Source: Selaginella moellendorffii (lineage: Eukaryota > Plantae > Lycopodiophyta). Taken from it: DNA of 64,000 bases. The translations under genes were made by a program, and so were the position numbers. A model generated the notes under the pieces. It was given only the letters and a program-made list of their open reading frames with translations, ran no database searches and was not told the DNA's origin. The stretch covers positions 1-64,000 of the forward strand of contig NW_003314330.1 of the NCBI RefSeq assembly GCF_000143415.4, given 5' to 3'. Every line of letters begins with the position of its first letter. Position 1 is the first letter of the stretch. Shown here piece after piece: positions 60,291 to 64,000 of this stretch.

Positions 60291-62229
60291 CTGGACAACT
60301 GAATTGCTTGCTTTCGTCAAGAAGAGGAAGTTGTGAAATGATGGCTTACTAAATCATTGCACAAGGCTTGCAAATCTGGGAATGGGTGAGCATCGATACG
60401 GAGCTTTTCTTTGTCGTTACTAAGTTTCTCAACTCAGGAGCTATAGGAGAAACACCCTTGCTACTTGATTTCCAGAGTGGCCAGCTCGTTTCAAAAGGAG
60501 GTTAGTCTATTCAGCTCTTATAGTTTTACATTTTGATGGCTCTCTCTATATGGAGAAAGCGTCGACTACCGTTCTTTTCTTCTCTGGATCAACTTAAGGT
60601 TTGATATAAATCTTTACTTTCTGTGCTCTAACACTATTAATCTTCGCAGAACGTGGAGGAGTTTTATAACGAAATTTATATCCTTACAAATTACTTAGTG
60701 TTCATTTGGGGTCCCTTGCAAGCTGCAATCCTTGCTGTGCCTCACAGGAATCCCCAAGGTGGCAGCCAAGACTACACGAGCACTTTGTTTTGGCAAATTT
60801 ATGAGGCCGAACAATTCGCACAAGGTTTGCATTTTTTCCATGAAGTTTGCGACTAACTGCCATTCTCTCCTGCAGTTGTTCGAGTTACTGTCAATGCCAG
60901 ACATCCCAAGCTCGTTTCCTGTAGCAACTCATTCATCAGGTGAGACAATCACTTATAGAGAACTCATTTTGCGTGTTGCACTGTGGATCTCTCACAAGCT
61001 CTCTCACTGCCCGATGGTGGAATTTACAACGAGCTCGTGGGAGCATGAGAGCCTAACTTGCTGTGAAACCCTTCAAGATCTTATTGCACGCTGCATCTAA
61101 GGTAAGCAAATCTACATTCTCCTCACTCCTTGTTCCAATATTTTCTTCTGAAAAGAGACCGAACACTGGACCATTTACAATCTGAACCGTCCACTGTATA
61201 AAATCTGGGCTACTTCTACTCTTGTGTTTCCACCTCCAATATTGCAGCCTCCATTTTCGTTGGTTCCTTGCGATGTACTTTTCAAGCCAGATCAGGATGC
61301 AATGCATCAATGTAAGCTCTCATCACCCTTAAACTCGCTGCATCAACACCCTTATCCTTGCATTTTTGGATATATGTCTGGAACCACTGGTTGAATTGCC
61401 TTAGAGACTCATGGGGTTGCTAGTGAATGAGATCAAGCTCCACCATCACATGATCTTTGCTCTCTAGTATCTCAAAACAAGTGAGGAAAAGCTTTGTGAG
61501 AGACTCAAAGTCAGCTGTCTGTTGTTGTGTAACTGTGAGTTGCCACAAGAGTGTCTGAGCCTGACCAAAAAGTGACAAGTGGAAATATGTCACCTACTGT
61601 GTGCGCATCAAGAGCATTCTGTTGTCTTGGGGCTGCCATTGCTCTTGTCTTTCGTTTCCTCACAAGCGGCAAAGAGCAGATTTCTTGTAACTGTCTGTCA
61701 GAGAAATGGCCGGTTTTGGAGCGAGTTGACGCCAATATAGAAAATCACGCCTCCCCCTCAGCGTCCCAAGGCAGTTCATGAAGTTCTTTACACATGCAAG
61801 CTCTGATCTATCCTTCAGCCTCAAATCCCCTCTAAATTCCCAGATCTGCCAGAAAACAACCCTCTTTCACCTCCTATCTAATCCCCTAAGTCACAAAGAT
61901 CCCCTAACTCAAGATCAATACCTCTCAATGTCATGGCTTTTCCGAATGTAGCAGAAAGCAAGCCAGGTAGCAATCACAAAAGGCCAAAGACAATCACGCC
62001 ATTGAAAATGTCATATATTGAAATGCTCCTTTTCTTCCTTTCTCCAAAAAGGGCAATACAAAAGCCTGGTCTCTTTCTCTCTCTCCTTTTATTCCCGTTA
62101 CGTCCTCAGGATGTTATCCAAGATGTGGTATAAAACAATCAATAATTTCTTCACGAGTTTGGCTTTGCTAGGGCTCATGCAGATTGGAATATATCTATAT
62201 TAAGTGGGCAGGAATTATAGTAGTGTCCA

Positions 62230-63300
62230 TGGATGACTTGATTCATGTAGAGTTGCAGTGACTAAAAAGCTTTTAGTGAAGCTTAAAATTGCTTTATCAA
62301 CCTGATTCAATAAGATAGACTTGGGAGAGCTATCATATTGTCTTGGCTTGCAAATAGTTCATGATTGTGCTAATATTTTTTCTCCATTAGGCCAAATTCA
62401 CAATAGCCATTCTAGCGATATTTAGAAGCATTTTCCCACAACTTATACATCCTCTAGTCAAAGTCTTGCTCACCTCTAAAAATATGAGCTTATGGTTTGA
62501 GGAGAAAAATGAGATGGCCACCAAGCCATTTTGTAATCTTGTTGGTAGTCTTCTCTACTTATCCCTGCACATAGCAATAAAAATTGTTCACTACCTTGAA
62601 GAGATAAGCACTTGTGGTCTCTTGTACTTAGAAATTCAAGAGACAGGGGAAGCTTAATTCATTTGGATTTGCAAATGCAAATTATCTTGGAGGTCTAGAT
62701 AGCAGAAAATAAAAAACTGGTAGGTGTTTAAACATGCTTGGGGGAGCAATTAGCTGAACAAGTAAGAAGCATGTGATGGTGGCAACCTCAATGTGTAAAG
62801 CAAAATTCATGGCTCTTGCATTAGCGACCAAGGAAGCTACCTGGCTTCGGAATTTTTTTCAAAACTTCGAAGTTGCATAAAAATCCACACCAACTCAACT
62901 CTACAATGACAATACCTCAGCTGTGCAACTTGCTCACAATCCTGTACTTCATAGAAGCACAAAACACATTGAGGCCAGATGTCACATGATCAGAGATCAC
63001 ATCATCCACCAGCAATTCCAAACACCTGATTGTTGATATTTTCACTAAAGTTCTGGACAAGCACACACACCACAAACTCAGAAGCATGCTTAGAATGAGG
63101 AAAACACTTGGCTGAGGGGGAGAAGTGGGCAGCCAAGCATGTTTTACACTTCTTTGTTTTGCACTATGGCTGCCTTGGCTGACCAAGAGTGTCTTACGCA
63201 TTGGCTGTCTTGGCTGAGGGGGAGTGTTAGGTACAGCCAAGAGAATGCCAAAAAAACTGGGACAACTGGAGCATCATGAGACACTAGGGACAAAGAGAGT
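62230..63300 (+). mobile_element. Ty1/copia RT-RNaseH fragment with PPT and start of the 3' LTR
   Basis: DLGELSYCLGLQI, LVGSLLYL, SKKH..VATS, YNDNTSAVQLAHNPVLHRSTKHIE, DIFTK; GAGGGGGAG (63216-63224) followed by TGTTAG at 63225. Confidence 0.9.
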
Positions 63301-63349
63301 ATATAGAGAGTGTGCTTGAAGATACTTTTATTGTGCTCTTTTCTTTGTT

Positions 63350-63760
63350 CCAGTAACGTGCATGGAGGACGCTAGCTTCTTCATCTTCGATAAGATGTGG
63401 GTGAAACCTGACTGGCTCCTGGAATGTAATGATCACGGCCTATTCTGACAATCTGTCAGCTTGTAGCCCATGCCGGCTTGCTGCTTGATGGTGTTGACAA
63501 CTATGGTTCCATAGAGACGGACTTTGGCATAACATATGAGTGCATTATCAATCTTCTTTTGCGATCCGGAATGCTGCGGCAAGCCGAGGAGCTCGCCGTT
63601 TGGGCCGGGATGCTCAGCCTGGAGGATAATTCTCGCTGCATGTAAGAGTCATGGCGATGCTAAGAGAGCGGAATGCCTCGGCAAGCAGGTTGATTGAGGC
63701 TTAGCGCAAAGTTCCTGCTCCTACTTTTCTTGCCACTGGAGAAATGAGTGAGTACTCATA
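63350..63760 (+). pseudogene. PPR PLS/E-domain fragment
   Basis: YECIINLLLRSGMLRQAEEL and WRIILAACKSHGDAKRAE in broken frames. Confidence 0.75.
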
Positions 63761-63774
63761 ACACTTTCTGACAT

Positions 63775-64000
63775 GGCAGAAGTGGAGCTCCAGAGAGTCT
63801 GGGATTGTTCGTGAATGCTGCGGCCGGGATGGTCCCTGTGGTATTTCCCCAGATAGAAAGTTGCTTTAGAGATTCATAAATCGCAGATTGGGCAGCTTCA
63901 GCATCGATTCAGGAACTTCACCGGTGAGTTCGTTCAATGACAAGTCCAGAGACTCCAGCGACGTTGCGTTTCCAATGCTTGCTGGAATGCTACCTTTGAG
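63775..64000 (-). pseudogene. C-terminal part of a plant LRR protein (disrupted; continues beyond the window)
   Basis: LKGSIPASIGNATSLESLDLSLNELTGEVPESMLKLPNLRFMNL*SNFLSGEIP, then a frameshifted AFTNNPRLSGAPL cap. Confidence 0.8.

Overview
Land-plant nuclear DNA. The 50-70 bp introns, intergenic gaps of only 60-150 bp and scattered PLS-PPR fragments suggest a lycophyte such as Selaginella (inference). There are three compartments. (1) 1-21 kb is an AT-rich, heavily C>T-decayed transposon nest. A minus-strand chromovirus (Ty3/gypsy) has its chromodomain split by a 6.7-kb DNA element with an 8-bp target-site duplication, KDZ/Zisupton-like transposase remnants and an internal 96-bp double-hairpin satellite. 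A second Ty3/gypsy is nested in the same chromovirus. An intact, intronless, secreted protein gene (unknown domain plus bulb-type lectin) also lies here. (2) 21.8-50 kb is a very dense gene island: alpha/beta hydrolase, SAUR, full-size ABCA transporter, RING-TM E3, GT47 exostosin, OAS-TL, a small TM protein, ubiquitin-L40, two TM + kinase-N-lobe-only microproteins, CBSX3, YbaK-like deacylase, IGPS, ZCCHC9-like, two tandem-SAM microproteins (segmental duplication), a head-to-head pair of 9-Cys LTP-like proteins and an inverted pair of germin pseudogenes. (3) 50-64 kb holds retroelement debris (Tat-like with aRNaseH, copia), PPR/AKR/LRR pseudogene fragments, a degenerate eIF4A-like pseudo-helicase and an intact DUF3669-type (mostly fungal) kinase-like gene. 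The best candidates for undescribed biology are the toxin-like-domain/lectin fusion, the N-lobe-only receptor-kinase microproteins, the composite KDZ-like element, the DUF3669 kinase and the 9-Cys protein pair. All family assignments are by eye; no database searches were run.
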